From the sequence record NC_023568.1: 64,000 bases of DNA. One strand, written 5' to 3'. The position numbers and the translations under genes are program-made. Shown in pieces: positions 45,832-55,817 of the stretch (position 1 is the first letter of the stretch; each line of letters begins with the position of its first letter). The notes beneath the pieces are model-generated. The model saw only the letters and a program-made list of their open reading frames with translations. It made no database searches and was not told where the DNA came from.

Positions 45832-46133
45832 TGCAAAAGATTTATGTTGTACGCTATCAAACTGACATGACTGAAGGGCGCGGTATGATGAAACCAACCG
45901 CGTATTTCACAAACGAAGATGATGCATGGGCTTGTACTAAAGGTAAGACTGGTGTCATGGGTCGCAAGCCTGCAAAAGGCGACTGGCGAAATGAATCGTA
46001 CCCTGATTGGGATGTTAAAGAAATTACAGTGTACGAGTCACTTGACGAAAGCACAGCCGCGCATAGAGAGAGTCTAAAGCAAGCTGCGTTAGCGAAACTA
46101 AGCAAAGAAGAGCGATGGGCGTTGGGACTATGA
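45831..46133 (+). CDS. hypothetical protein
   Basis: coupled ORF. Confidence 0.65.
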   Translation: MQKIYVVRYQTDMTEGRGMMKPTAYFTNEDDAWACTKGKTGVMGRKPAKGDWRNESYPDWDVKEITVYESLDESTAAHRESLKQAALAKLSKEERWALGL

Positions 46134-46366
46134 CAAGACAACAAGAGCGTATTCTAGAAGGTCTACGCAACGGCACGATGATCGCATACGCTTACACTAG
46201 CAATAACAAGCTATGCTTTCATGAGCAGCAAAACAGACCGTGTGTATTGCCGATGACGATTACGTGTCGTGCTTTACTCAAGAAAGGTTTAATTTCGCTT
46301 GCAGATCATACGAGCGTATCATTAGAGCATTATCAAGGTGAGGCACAGCATGTTAGCGTTAATTAA
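46130..46366 (+). CDS. hypothetical protein
   Basis: coupled ORF. Confidence 0.55.
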   Translation: MTRQQERILEGLRNGTMIAYAYTSNNKLCFHEQQNRPCVLPMTITCRALLKKGLISLADHTSVSLEHYQGEAQHVSVN

Positions 46367-46610
46367 ATCGCGAGTTGTATACGACAGAATCCCTATTAAC
46401 ACTGCTGAAGAGCTTCGCGATAACATTACTGATGTTCGCATGTTCAATGACGAATTAGACTTGTTCTACCCGTGCGGTAAGCCGGGTATGGTCAAGCGTC
46501 TGTGTTTTGTCAAAGCGGCAGATGTTGATTTCGACGGTGAGACATACGATGATGCACTGACACACTTTCAAGAGAATTACAAGAAGTATTGGGAGGTGAT
46601 AAATGTCTGA
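46350..46610 (+). CDS. hypothetical protein
   Basis: GAGG RBS. Confidence 0.6.
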   Translation: MLALIKSRVVYDRIPINTAEELRDNITDVRMFNDELDLFYPCGKPGMVKRLCFVKAADVDFDGETYDDALTHFQENYKKYWEVINV

Positions 46611-46848
46611 TATTACAGCTATCGTATACTTCGGTTCGTACTTCGGTGTTATGTTGTTGATTATCGCGTATTACATTTACTACGAAGTTAAAAACAACAA
46701 AGAGAAGACAACGAGTGATTTTGCTCAACGTGTTCTAGTGATTGGTATGTTATGGCCCTTTATTTCAATCTTTATAATTGTGATTGGGTCGGCAATTGCT
46801 GTAGAAAAGTTATTCATAATGGTTGTAAACAAGCTAAAAGGCAGATAA
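46603..46848 (+). CDS. membrane protein
   Basis: two hydrophobic segments. Confidence 0.6.
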   Translation: MSDITAIVYFGSYFGVMLLIIAYYIYYEVKNNKEKTTSDFAQRVLVIGMLWPFISIFIIVIGSAIAVEKLFIMVVNKLKGR

Positions 46849-47029
46849 AATGGTAAATCAAATCAGACGTATTAACGGTGAAGATTTTATTGTGAAATCT
46901 CATCGAGATAACAAGTGTGAAGTACAAAAACTTTCACATGCTGAATTAGTTCTTGACACGTACGAAGTTCATGAGCTAGAATCTTTCGAACTGATTACAA
47001 CACTATATGATACATTTTAAGGACATATT

Positions 47030-47650
47030 ATGAACATCAAAGATTTGAGATTTTTCTTTCGCGGCGATGACGCATACGTTGCAATTCACACTACGAATTC
47101 AAATTATTTTCTACACAGCATGCCTGCTACAGAGAACGGTTTTGTTGTTGTGCCAAAAAATCAGATGCACAAATATGAAAGCTTTACGTATGATGAATAT
47201 AGAAATGCATTCAGTAATTGGGACGACGAAGATTTCATCAACGAAGTTGAATGGGTTTATAAGCTTGGTAGTGATATTCTCGAATCTCGTAAAGAAAAGC
47301 AACGTGCAAGGTCTGCTGAAAACTACCAAAAACGAAAGCAGAAAAAATCTATGGGGAATGACGAGAATAGTTCTCAACCCTCATTGAATACGCCGATGGG
47401 ATACGCTGTTGCGTTGATGCGCAATGATTTATCGGCTCGTGAGCTACTATCGATGCATGACGGTCTTGCTTCTTCTGAGCAAATGTATTTGAAACACGTC
47501 GAGAATGTTACAGGTGAACCGAGAGGTTCGGCAACAATTTTCAATGCAAAACGATTGTTAAAAACGACTCTACGTTCACAAGAAATCAGTGAAATCAATG
47601 CAGAGATTCAACGTCTTGAGCAACTAAAAGCACAACTTGCAAACAAATAA
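47030..47650 (+). CDS. hypothetical protein
   Basis: AAGGA RBS, 206 aa. Confidence 0.7.
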   Translation: MNIKDLRFFFRGDDAYVAIHTTNSNYFLHSMPATENGFVVVPKNQMHKYESFTYDEYRNAFSNWDDEDFINEVEWVYKLGSDILESRKEKQRARSAENYQKRKQKKSMGNDENSSQPSLNTPMGYAVALMRNDLSARELLSMHDGLASSEQMYLKHVENVTGEPRGSATIFNAKRLLKTTLRSQEISEINAEIQRLEQLKAQLANK

Positions 47651-47681
47651 AACTTTATCCAAAACTTGAGAGAAAAACATT

Positions 47682-48236
47682 ATGAACAAATCAGTACAAC
47701 TAGTAATCGCATTCGCTGGAACTTACATGCCAACTGCATACGAGCTTGGTCAGAATTTCTACGACGAAAGCAAAAGCGATACATATATCGACTCAGTGCG
47801 TCGTCAATGTGCTAAAGAGCTTGAAGAAGGTGTGAAAGCGGGATTGCTAACTCGCGTCAAAGGTAAGAAATACGCAGGTTCTACTAAGTTTGCACACCGT
47901 TACACATGTCGTAAGTACGCTGACAAGATTGGTCTGAAGAACGTACAGTACCGTGACGGTCGCAATGCTCCACCACGCACTGGTATTATTGCACTGATTG
48001 AAAAATGTATTGCCGAAATGATTGTCGATAAGTCGTACCGTCATAAGAAATTCACTTCGAACGAAGTTGGTATCGAGACTGTTATTCAATACATTCGAGA
48101 AGGCAAAACACCTGCTGCACGCAAGATCTTGCGCAGCCACGCGAACACATATGAAAAGAACGTAAAATACGTTGTTCGCAATCATCGCGGTGTGCTTGAT
48201 GACCAAGCTGTTAATTTGCAAGACTTGGTGAAATAA
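47682..48236 (+). CDS. basic hypothetical protein
   Basis: GAGAG RBS, 184 aa. Confidence 0.7.
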   Translation: MNKSVQLVIAFAGTYMPTAYELGQNFYDESKSDTYIDSVRRQCAKELEEGVKAGLLTRVKGKKYAGSTKFAHRYTCRKYADKIGLKNVQYRDGRNAPPRTGIIALIEKCIAEMIVDKSYRHKKFTSNEVGIETVIQYIREGKTPAARKILRSHANTYEKNVKYVVRNHRGVLDDQAVNLQDLVK

Positions 48237-48628
48237 TGCAACCAATAGACGTAAGAGAAAGATTGCCGCATGAAAGCGGCACTTATCTCTGTATCAGATA
48301 CGGTATGCCGTATAAACCAGAGCCAATTGAATTCGATGCGGGCGATGAGCAACTAGATGAAGAGCCAAGATGGTTTGATTCTCTAAGTCACATGCATGGT
48401 GGTGGCGGTGGTGTTAAACGTTACTGTGAACTGACTAACGCAGAGAAATACTGGCGAACCAACTTCGGTAAAGTGATTTATTGGTTCGAATCACCTGAGA
48501 ATCACATGAGTGGTCACGATTTCAAAGATTACATGATTGCAGAACTTAGTAGTCGCGGTATTGACCCAGATGAAATCACTGGCGGCTGGGAAAAAATTGA
48601 ACACGGAGATATCAAATGCATCAAATGA
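48236..48628 (+). CDS. hypothetical protein, DUF551-like N-terminus
   Basis: IDVRERLPHESGTYLC. Confidence 0.55.
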   Translation: MQPIDVRERLPHESGTYLCIRYGMPYKPEPIEFDAGDEQLDEEPRWFDSLSHMHGGGGGVKRYCELTNAEKYWRTNFGKVIYWFESPENHMSGHDFKDYMIAELSSRGIDPDEITGGWEKIEHGDIKCIK

Positions 48629-49209
48629 CAGTACACGTATGCGACTACTGCGATTTTCAAAGCATATTACAAGGTGAAGTTGCAGCTCATGAAAAGCGTT
48701 GCGCACAGCACGACACGTTTTTAAAAGTCAAAGCAATTCAGCAAGCACAAGCAAGCGCATATCTTGATACGATTCGTTTACGTGCATGTTCGTTCAAGCA
48801 CTTGTTTGAAATCATTCAAGATGAAGAAGACATGATCATCGAAGCGGTTCACGTGTTACACTACTACGGTGAAGAGCGTAAAACACCGCGAATGATGAAT
48901 GTCAGATGGGAATATTGTCTTTTCAGTACTCAACACAAGCCATTTATCGAAGCGCGTATGACACACAGTGCGCCAGTTGGTGAGAATACTTGCTCGATGT
49001 GGTCAGAAAACAACGAAGATATTAAGCGCGGTCTAGCTTGCAATATTCGTTGTCATTGGGAACAACAAGGTAGTAGAAAATCGTTTGATTTGTATCGCAA
49101 GTATCTAGGACACATACCAGGTGTTAACTGTGGTTCGGGCGGTGGGGTTGGACAATGCAATTCTTATCTAACACTATGGAAAGATGACTTTCCGTTAATT
49201 CGAGGTTAA
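48616..49209 (+). CDS. hypothetical protein with N-terminal CxxC
   Basis: VCDYC...HEKRC. Confidence 0.6.
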   Translation: MHQMTVHVCDYCDFQSILQGEVAAHEKRCAQHDTFLKVKAIQQAQASAYLDTIRLRACSFKHLFEIIQDEEDMIIEAVHVLHYYGEERKTPRMMNVRWEYCLFSTQHKPFIEARMTHSAPVGENTCSMWSENNEDIKRGLACNIRCHWEQQGSRKSFDLYRKYLGHIPGVNCGSGGGVGQCNSYLTLWKDDFPLIRG

Positions 49210-49210
49210 C

Positions 49211-49612
49211 ATGAATTTAGAAGAATACCGAGCAAAGTGCGAAGAAATTTTAGAAAACGCTGAACGTTACGCGAACGCGATTCACCCTTATTTGAGTGAT
49301 TATGAAAATCGAGAGATTCATGGTTCTATGCGATTTGTCAGTGCTACAATCGACGAAGAAGGTGATATCTGTATTCTATTTGAAGATCGTTTCCGCGGTG
49401 AAGTGTTTGACGACAGCGTTTACACGTACGACATTGGTGATTTCTTTACCACTGAATCGACAGACGCAGAGATTGCTTCATATATCGAACAAGCAGAAAA
49501 AAGAAAGCTTGAACGCGAAGCGCGAATCGAAAAGAAAAAAGAAGACGAGAAAGCCGCAATTGAAGCGCGAGAACGCGCTGAGTTGAAACGTCTTTCTGAA
49601 AAATACCAATAG
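49211..49612 (+). CDS. hypothetical protein, paralog of C-terminal part of 49621..50274
   Basis: DEEGDICI.F, I.DF, ELKRL.EKY. Confidence 0.7.
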   Translation: MNLEEYRAKCEEILENAERYANAIHPYLSDYENREIHGSMRFVSATIDEEGDICILFEDRFRGEVFDDSVYTYDIGDFFTTESTDAEIASYIEQAEKRKLEREARIEKKKEDEKAAIEARERAELKRLSEKYQ

Positions 49613-49620
49613 AGGTTAAC

Positions 49621-50274
49621 ATGAAATACGTATTGAAAGAAGAAGGTCGCAACTCAAGTCACATCCCTACTGGCGACATTGGTTTACTCGCACACGAAGA
49701 TGAAGAAAATTACGTCTACGTGTATTGGTTTAGTGTTGATGAGTTGCATCATTATCATAAGTCCGATAATGCAATCTCAATTCAAACCAACGACTGTCCT
49801 GACAAGAAAGCTATTGCGCGTGCTAAACATCTACTTGAAATGGGTCAGACAACTGACGAAGAACGCGAAGAAACGATGACGTTCTTCCAAAATAAAGTTC
49901 AAAATGTTCTTCACAACGCGACTGAGTTTGCAAATCGCATCAAATACAATTTGTCGGAATTTGAACAATTCGACTGCTCTGAATTCACGCTGACAAGCGT
50001 AGTGTTAGACGAAGATGGTGATGTCTGTATTCGCTTTGATGAAATGTACGCGGGTGGTGATGAGGGTGTGATTACGTACTCTCATAACATTCAAGACTTC
50101 TGGGACGCTGAAAGCACTGTAAAAACGATTCAAGGTTACATTGACGAGGCGACGCAACGAGACAAGAAAATGAAACTTGAACAAGAGCGCGAACAGAAAG
50201 AAAACGAAACTCAAGAGAAAAAAGAGCTTAAACGTCTCATGCAGAAATACATTTTCAGTGAATTACAAATTTAA
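49621..50274 (+). CDS. hypothetical protein, contains 49211-type domain
   Basis: DEDGDVCIRF, IQDF, ELKRLMQKY. Confidence 0.7.
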   Translation: MKYVLKEEGRNSSHIPTGDIGLLAHEDEENYVYVYWFSVDELHHYHKSDNAISIQTNDCPDKKAIARAKHLLEMGQTTDEEREETMTFFQNKVQNVLHNATEFANRIKYNLSEFEQFDCSEFTLTSVVLDEDGDVCIRFDEMYAGGDEGVITYSHNIQDFWDAESTVKTIQGYIDEATQRDKKMKLEQEREQKENETQEKKELKRLMQKYIFSELQI

Positions 50275-50276
50275 CT

Positions 50277-50351
50277 AAAAAAAGGGTTGCTTCGGCGACC
50301 CTTTTTGCGTATTATAGCTACATCGAAACGAGATACAGAGAGAACATTATG
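50277..50351 (+). promoter_or_regulatory. PeSL-like cassette
   Basis: AAAAAAAGGGTTGC-TTCG-GCGACCCTTTTT, TATTAT, AGCTACATCGAAACGAGATACAGAGAGAACATTATG. Confidence 0.85.
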
Positions 50352-50639
50352 AACTACACAACTGAAACAATCAAAGCTTGCATGAATCTAGTTGCTACAT
50401 TGAAATCAGACAAGATTACAAAAGGTAATGTTGAGAAGCTTCGCGCTGCATATCGCGCACAGCAAGATCAAGAAGTGTCTATTGCTATGTCTTCTATCTG
50501 TTCGATTGCAGAGCGTCATTTAGACCGAAAAGCAGCGAATCGTCCTGCAATGAGCAAGTGTGCTGAATCTTACTTGAACTTTGATTGGCGTGATATCCCG
50601 GGTTGTGTTGGTTTTTCACGTGAAGTACTAGAGGTGTAA
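50349..50639 (+). CDS. hypothetical early protein
   Basis: after cassette. Confidence 0.7.
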   Translation: MNYTTETIKACMNLVATLKSDKITKGNVEKLRAAYRAQQDQEVSIAMSSICSIAERHLDRKAANRPAMSKCAESYLNFDWRDIPGCVGFSREVLEV

Positions 50640-50640
50640 C

Positions 50641-50922
50641 ATGGTTAGTCTTTTAAAAGCAGTTAATAGTGAGTTCACGAGCTATACAGATCGCGTACTG
50701 CCATCTGTAATCGCAGAGAAAGTCGCTAGTGCGTGTGAGCAAGAATATTGGGCAACGTTTTACACACACGATTGCAAGTCACTTGACACCGCTGATCGTG
50801 ATGTCGTATTCGATCTTATTGCAAACGAGCTTGGTCTTGAAAATGGGTGGCCTATGTATGGTTCTTCTGACGAGTACAAGCAACAGTTCAAACAAGAACT
50901 TGAGAAATTGGAGACAGCATGA
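50641..50922 (+). CDS. hypothetical protein
   Basis: GAGG RBS. Confidence 0.65.
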   Translation: MVSLLKAVNSEFTSYTDRVLPSVIAEKVASACEQEYWATFYTHDCKSLDTADRDVVFDLIANELGLENGWPMYGSSDEYKQQFKQELEKLETA

Positions 50923-51188
50923 AACTACTAGTTAAAATCAAAGAATTTCTTTTCCCGACGATTACACCACCTGAAATAGGTGAAAGATATCTTCAAATTG
51001 ACAAAGATTGGGTTGACACGAGCGTCGGAGCGAATATAATCGAAGTCGTGAATGTATCGAAAGACGGTAAGCACATACAATATGATTGGGTGTGCATCGA
51101 GGGCAAAGACCATTCGATATCGTCTAGAACTACATACGAAATGTCAACACATCACCTTTATAACTATTTCGAGAAACATAATGACTAG
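50919..51188 (+). CDS. hypothetical protein, G.RY/SKDG family
   Basis: IGERY..IEVVNVSKDG.HIQY. Confidence 0.65.
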   Translation: MKLLVKIKEFLFPTITPPEIGERYLQIDKDWVDTSVGANIIEVVNVSKDGKHIQYDWVCIEGKDHSISSRTTYEMSTHHLYNYFEKHND

Positions 51189-51603
51189 AATCAATTGTAT
51201 GCCGGTTGAAACGCTCTCAGACAAGCATTTACTTGCAGAGTACAAAGAGATAACTCGTCCCTTCAACAAGGTGGAGAAGCGCATACAAGCGCATACAATG
51301 GGTAATGTGGTCATTCCTGAGCATTATGTGCTTGGTACAGGTCACGAAACGTTCTTTTTTGATAAGTTGCATTATCTTTACGTTCGTTATCGTGACCTTT
51401 GCGAAGAGTTATTACATCGTGGTGTGAATATCAACGTTGAACAGTTCGATGATATATGCGAATGGATTGAACGTACGTTCGTTGACACGCCGTATTGGAA
51501 TTATTGGACACCGCGACCAGAAGACATGTATTTGAATATGGCGCGATTAGTCAAGCGCAGCAACTTTGACACCGCGAAATCTGAAGCATTAACATTAAAC
51601 TGA
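51181..51603 (+). CDS. denV: pyrimidine dimer DNA glycosylase (endonuclease V)
   Basis: MTRIN...V.TL.D.HL.AEY.EI.R, YVLGTGH..FF.DKL. Confidence 0.92.
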   Translation: MTRINCMPVETLSDKHLLAEYKEITRPFNKVEKRIQAHTMGNVVIPEHYVLGTGHETFFFDKLHYLYVRYRDLCEELLHRGVNINVEQFDDICEWIERTFVDTPYWNYWTPRPEDMYLNMARLVKRSNFDTAKSEALTLN

Positions 51604-51613
51604 GGAAAGTATC

Positions 51614-52051
51614 ATGACAATAGCACAGTTTCAACAAGATGAATTATACGAGCGTTCTGATTTTAAAGTGCCAGAAAAGCCACCGATTCGTAAGACACGC
51701 TGTAAAGTAACTGAAGAAAAAGAAGATAAGAAAATACTCAAAATCATTATGATTTGGTTCTTCGTGACTATAGCAGGTATCGCATTGTCAGCTTGCTTCG
51801 GGCTACTGTCAAACAAGATTGAAATCGGTGACCGTTATTATCTTCTAAACGATGTGGGATGGGAGCGAAGTCAGAGTGTTGATTTTGGCATTGTTGTAAC
51901 TGACGTGAATTACAATGCTGAGAGAATACGTTACAAGTACATTGGATTGGATGCGCTACCCGAGAAAGAAATGTCGTTTACGGCGCTAAAGTATTCTTAT
52001 GTCCATGAAGACAGCGTTGACATCAATACTACAACGGAGAAAACAAAATGA
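51614..52051 (+). CDS. membrane-anchored protein, G.RY/SKDG family
   Basis: TM segment then IGDRYY..VVTDV..ERIRY. Confidence 0.65.
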   Translation: MTIAQFQQDELYERSDFKVPEKPPIRKTRCKVTEEKEDKKILKIIMIWFFVTIAGIALSACFGLLSNKIEIGDRYYLLNDVGWERSQSVDFGIVVTDVNYNAERIRYKYIGLDALPEKEMSFTALKYSYVHEDSVDINTTTEKTK

Positions 52052-52404
52052 CCGCCCCGAGATTCGTAGGTTTAATTGTAACTACATGGATTGGCATTCT
52101 TATTTTCTTCATGATCCACATGTCGGGATATTCGATGCTCAAACCTGATATTAAAGTCGGTGATGTTTATCAAACTGTCAAGGTATCAGAATTCGCAAGC
52201 GACCCCGACGAAGTAACGATGATCGAAATCACTGAAATCAGCAAAGACGGCGACGACGTTCGTTACATTTACAAAATGATAGACAATAAGGCGTATAACG
52301 ACGACGGCGAGCAATATCAGTGGAAGATGAAAAAGCGTCATATCTATCGCAACTACGAGAAAATCAATCATGAAAGCAACCGACAAGCAGATCGAACTAT
52401 GTAA
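52048..52404 (+). CDS. membrane-anchored protein, G.RY/SKDG family
   Basis: TM segment then VGDVY..IEITEISKDGDDVRY. Confidence 0.65.
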   Translation: MTAPRFVGLIVTTWIGILIFFMIHMSGYSMLKPDIKVGDVYQTVKVSEFASDPDEVTMIEITEISKDGDDVRYIYKMIDNKAYNDDGEQYQWKMKKRHIYRNYEKINHESNRQADRTM

Positions 52405-52594
52405 CTTGCTTATTGACAACGGTGCGCCGTTTGAACTCAAACACCCGCATGAAGACAGCATAGAAGCTGCCGACCAGTTCATCAAAGCGAATCGTCATTA
52501 TCTACAGCGTGGTATTGTCAAGCACGAGAACTATTATCACAAAGCAGTCGAGAACGGATTGATGCCTGAAGATATTGGTGTGTGGAATATGTAA
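52370..52594 (+). CDS. hypothetical protein
   Basis: 74 aa ORF. Confidence 0.6.
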   Translation: MKATDKQIELCNLLIDNGAPFELKHPHEDSIEAADQFIKANRHYLQRGIVKHENYYHKAVENGLMPEDIGVWNM

Positions 52595-52657
52595 AAAGTG
52601 GTTGCATTGTCGAATCAGATACGTATAATGAACTCATCAACTGAAGAGAGAATCATT

Positions 52658-53071
52658 ATGAAAAACACAAGCATCGACAACGATTTGAAATGGGTTTTGT
52701 ATTTATTAATTGCAGCGTGCGTAATCGGGATTGCATTTATCGCGTGTCTGACTTACTCTTCGTTATCGAAGTCTGACACAGTTCTAAGAACGCTGACTAC
52801 AGATTACGGTAAAGTCGTGTCAGTATCATCATGTGATAGTCGAAAGCATTCAATAGATTGTTTAGTTAGAACTGACAAATACAATCTTGGTAGAATTCGC
52901 GTGACAGATTACCCAGGTGATGATATGATATACGTCGGCGACAAAATCTTTCTAGAGCGTCGCGTATACGAAGATCGTGTTGAAACACGCAAAGGTCGTA
53001 ACGGTTATACTGTAAGGTCTTCTGTATGTTACTCATGGATGCCATGTTTTGACAAATATGATAACAATTAA
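52658..53071 (+). CDS. membrane-anchored hypothetical protein
   Basis: start after promoter GGTTGC..TATAAT and GAGAG RBS; N-terminal TM. Confidence 0.65.
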   Translation: MKNTSIDNDLKWVLYLLIAACVIGIAFIACLTYSSLSKSDTVLRTLTTDYGKVVSVSSCDSRKHSIDCLVRTDKYNLGRIRVTDYPGDDMIYVGDKIFLERRVYEDRVETRKGRNGYTVRSSVCYSWMPCFDKYDNN

Positions 53072-53296
53072 TCGAGGGAATAGATATGAGCTTTAAAACA
53101 CGAGTGCAAATCTGGCGAGTTTCACGTTCAATCGTGATGTTCACTTACAATCTATTAGTTGCGGTCTCGCGTAGCTTCTAGAAAACGAGGGATGGTATGC
53201 AGTTCACGCTATCCCTTAACGACTTATCACCAATGGGATTCGACGAATTTAGTAAAACAGTCGATAAAGTCAGGGAAGAATTAGAGGAAGAGAATT

Positions 53297-53521
53297 ATGA
53301 AAGTAGTGTACGAAAATGCGACAAAACACGAGAAAGGTTTATTAGTTTACTTGCATTTCAATGAAGAAACTGAATATTGTGTTGGTAAGAACGGTTCTGT
53401 TCAGCGTGGCAAGTCGTTTCACGGCAAAGTGAAGCGCGGTGAAAAGGTATACGCAAACGAACATGTAGTTGGTCACAAAAGCAACACAGTTGAAGAAGCG
53501 AACAAGCGAGTATTCAAATGA
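53297..53521 (+). CDS. basic hypothetical protein
   Basis: GAGG RBS. Confidence 0.6.
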   Translation: MKVVYENATKHEKGLLVYLHFNEETEYCVGKNGSVQRGKSFHGKVKRGEKVYANEHVVGHKSNTVEEANKRVFK

Positions 53522-53901
53522 ACGATAACGAACTAAAAGGCTTGCCGACGGACATCGACTTGCTAGAAACAGCAATTCAGTTACTCAAAGCAAAACCGTA
53601 TGAACAGCGCCGTTTAGAACATTTAGCAAATGTTATGACTCGCGTTCAGTCTCAAGTGCTCAAGCGAAAAGCTGAACTTGACTGTTGGGCAGTGAAGCCA
53701 TTCACCAGAATGGACATGAAAAAGCTACAAATCGTACCAACGAATGGCGTGTTTTATCAAGATCAGTTGATTCACACGTACGACAAAGACGCTCAAGCGT
53801 TTCATATGCTTGATTATTTCAAAGAGAACGACATCAAATCATACGGTGAGTTTCTTGACCATCTTAGCGAATTGGAGAATAAAGTATGCACGCAGGTGTA
53901 A
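53518..53901 (+). CDS. hypothetical protein
   Basis: coupled ORF. Confidence 0.65.
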   Translation: MNDNELKGLPTDIDLLETAIQLLKAKPYEQRRLEHLANVMTRVQSQVLKRKAELDCWAVKPFTRMDMKKLQIVPTNGVFYQDQLIHTYDKDAQAFHMLDYFKENDIKSYGEFLDHLSELENKVCTQV

Positions 53902-54866
53902 TTGGTAAATTTAACAACTACCATCAAGGTCATTTCAAGCTGATTAAGTTCGCGCTATCGCTTGCAGACAAAGTAACTGTTTTGCTTTGCACTGAAAACA
54001 CAGACCCGATTGATGTCGAAACACGCATGAAATGGATGCATCAAGATTTCGGTAATCGTATCTGCATCAAAGTGATCTGCCCGAGCGATGAAGGTCTATC
54101 TAATAAATCTGAATCAGATCGCGAAGTATCAAAGCAATGGGCTGAGTACATCGACGAGCATTTCCCAGAGATTGATGCATTCGTTGGTTCTGAGCAATAC
54201 ATCAATTACTGTGCTGAGTACGGTAACTTCGATGGAATCATCTACGATGAAGCGCGTGAAATCACACCTTGCTCAAGTACTTCGGTTCGCGAGAACGATT
54301 CACACGAGTTCTACAGCCCGAGCGCACAGCAAGATCGTGTAAAGAGAATTGCATTCATCGGTCCCGAGTCTTGTGGTAAGTCTTGGAACGCAGCATCAAT
54401 CGCAGCCGCTAACGGTTATGAACTTGTACTTGAAGCAGCACGCGATATCATGAGTGACAATCACTACACTGAACACGACGTACTAGAGTTCGCGATTGCA
54501 CAAACTGCACGAATTGAAGCGACTGGTAAAGAAAGTGACACTGTAATCGTTGATTCTTCAGCCGTTACATCGGCTGTTTACAGTCAGTTTCAATTCAATC
54601 AATCATCGGTTCTTCTTAATGCATTAGCTGCATTTGAAAGCATTGATGCTTACGTACTGTTTCGACCAAACTGCGAATTTGTTCAAGACGGGACTCGTAC
54701 ACAGTCACAAGAAGATCGCGAACGTTGGTTTGAACTTGCTAAATCTATGCTTCTTCGATTGAACAAACCATTCTTGATTGTTCAGAAAGGTAACAATTGG
54801 GAAGAACGTTTACACGAAACAGCAAGTCATGTTTCATTACTGAGAGATAAAGTAAAATGGGTATAA
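53886..54866 (+). CDS. nadR: NadR-like NMN adenylyltransferase/nicotinamide riboside kinase
   Basis: GKF..YHQGH (HxGH), SSTSVR, then GPESCGKS P-loop, FVQDGTR. Confidence 0.88.
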   Translation: MHAGVIGKFNNYHQGHFKLIKFALSLADKVTVLLCTENTDPIDVETRMKWMHQDFGNRICIKVICPSDEGLSNKSESDREVSKQWAEYIDEHFPEIDAFVGSEQYINYCAEYGNFDGIIYDEAREITPCSSTSVRENDSHEFYSPSAQQDRVKRIAFIGPESCGKSWNAASIAAANGYELVLEAARDIMSDNHYTEHDVLEFAIAQTARIEATGKESDTVIVDSSAVTSAVYSQFQFNQSSVLLNALAAFESIDAYVLFRPNCEFVQDGTRTQSQEDRERWFELAKSMLLRLNKPFLIVQKGNNWEERLHETASHVSLLRDKVKWV

Positions 54867-55192
54867 TCTGGATTTCTAATATCGCTATTGTTGTTGCAAC
54901 TTTGTTAGTTACAATAATCATGAAGTGTGTGTTTATGATGGACATCGAGTTTAATCGATATCTTGATAAGCTGCAACTTTTCAAATATCGTCACATATTC
55001 ACCAATAAAATGATGCATGAAATTACTAAAGATAAAGACGATATGGCGTTCTGGGCGTTTACATTCATGGTGTTTGACGTTGTTATATTGGGCTTGTTAT
55101 GGTTACTGAGCGTTGCGTTTCCTGTAATCGCATTTATCATACTCATTCTGATTCTAATTCGAATCATCGTTATTAAGGTGAAAAAATGTTAA
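54857..55192 (+). CDS. membrane protein
   Basis: three hydrophobic segments. Confidence 0.65.
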   Translation: MGIIWISNIAIVVATLLVTIIMKCVFMMDIEFNRYLDKLQLFKYRHIFTNKMMHEITKDKDDMAFWAFTFMVFDVVILGLLWLLSVAFPVIAFIILILILIRIIVIKVKKC

Positions 55193-55530
55193 TAAAAACG
55201 GTCGGCGCAATACTGATCCTGATGTGGCTGATTAACTTAGCCACCCCTATTGTACTTTCTGTGGGCGGGACATTGATAAACTACATGTTTCGCAGTGAAA
55301 TTCCGTTCGTAGATTGGGCTAGAGCTTATCAAGAATTCAAGTATGAATGGGCCACAAATGGGTTTATGCACAATGATGATCACGTCGTCGCGTACTTAAT
55401 GTTTGACTTGATTGTGGGATTCATAGTAACATTAATCAGCTTGTGGCTGTTAGAGCAAAGCGCCGTCATATGGTTTATGATTGCCATCCCATTCATTGTC
55501 CGATTTATTACAGGGTTTATTAAAAAATGA
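55186..55530 (+). CDS. membrane protein
   Basis: three hydrophobic segments. Confidence 0.65.
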   Translation: MLIKTVGAILILMWLINLATPIVLSVGGTLINYMFRSEIPFVDWARAYQEFKYEWATNGFMHNDDHVVAYLMFDLIVGFIVTLISLWLLEQSAVIWFMIAIPFIVRFITGFIKK

Positions 55531-55793
55531 GTTTAACAGATTACAGCGAGAACGAACTGCGTGAAGAACTGCAACGTCGCGAAGCTGAACGAGAACTACG
55601 TGATAGTATTCAAGTAGTTCTTGGCAATACACCAGTTCAAGATGTAGAAGCACGACTTACTAGCCTAGCTCAATCTTACCTCGAAGATGAATTAAAAGAT
55701 CGAGAAATAGACACGCAATGGGCGTATGAAGAAATAATGCAGCTCGTGTTTGGGCAAGATATCTTCAGCAAAATAAATCGCCTACGTCGCTAA
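55527..55793 (+). CDS. hypothetical protein
   Basis: coupled ORF. Confidence 0.65.
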   Translation: MSLTDYSENELREELQRREAERELRDSIQVVLGNTPVQDVEARLTSLAQSYLEDELKDREIDTQWAYEEIMQLVFGQDIFSKINRLRR

Positions 55794-55817
55794 CAACTAC
55801 TTTGAGAGAAATATATT

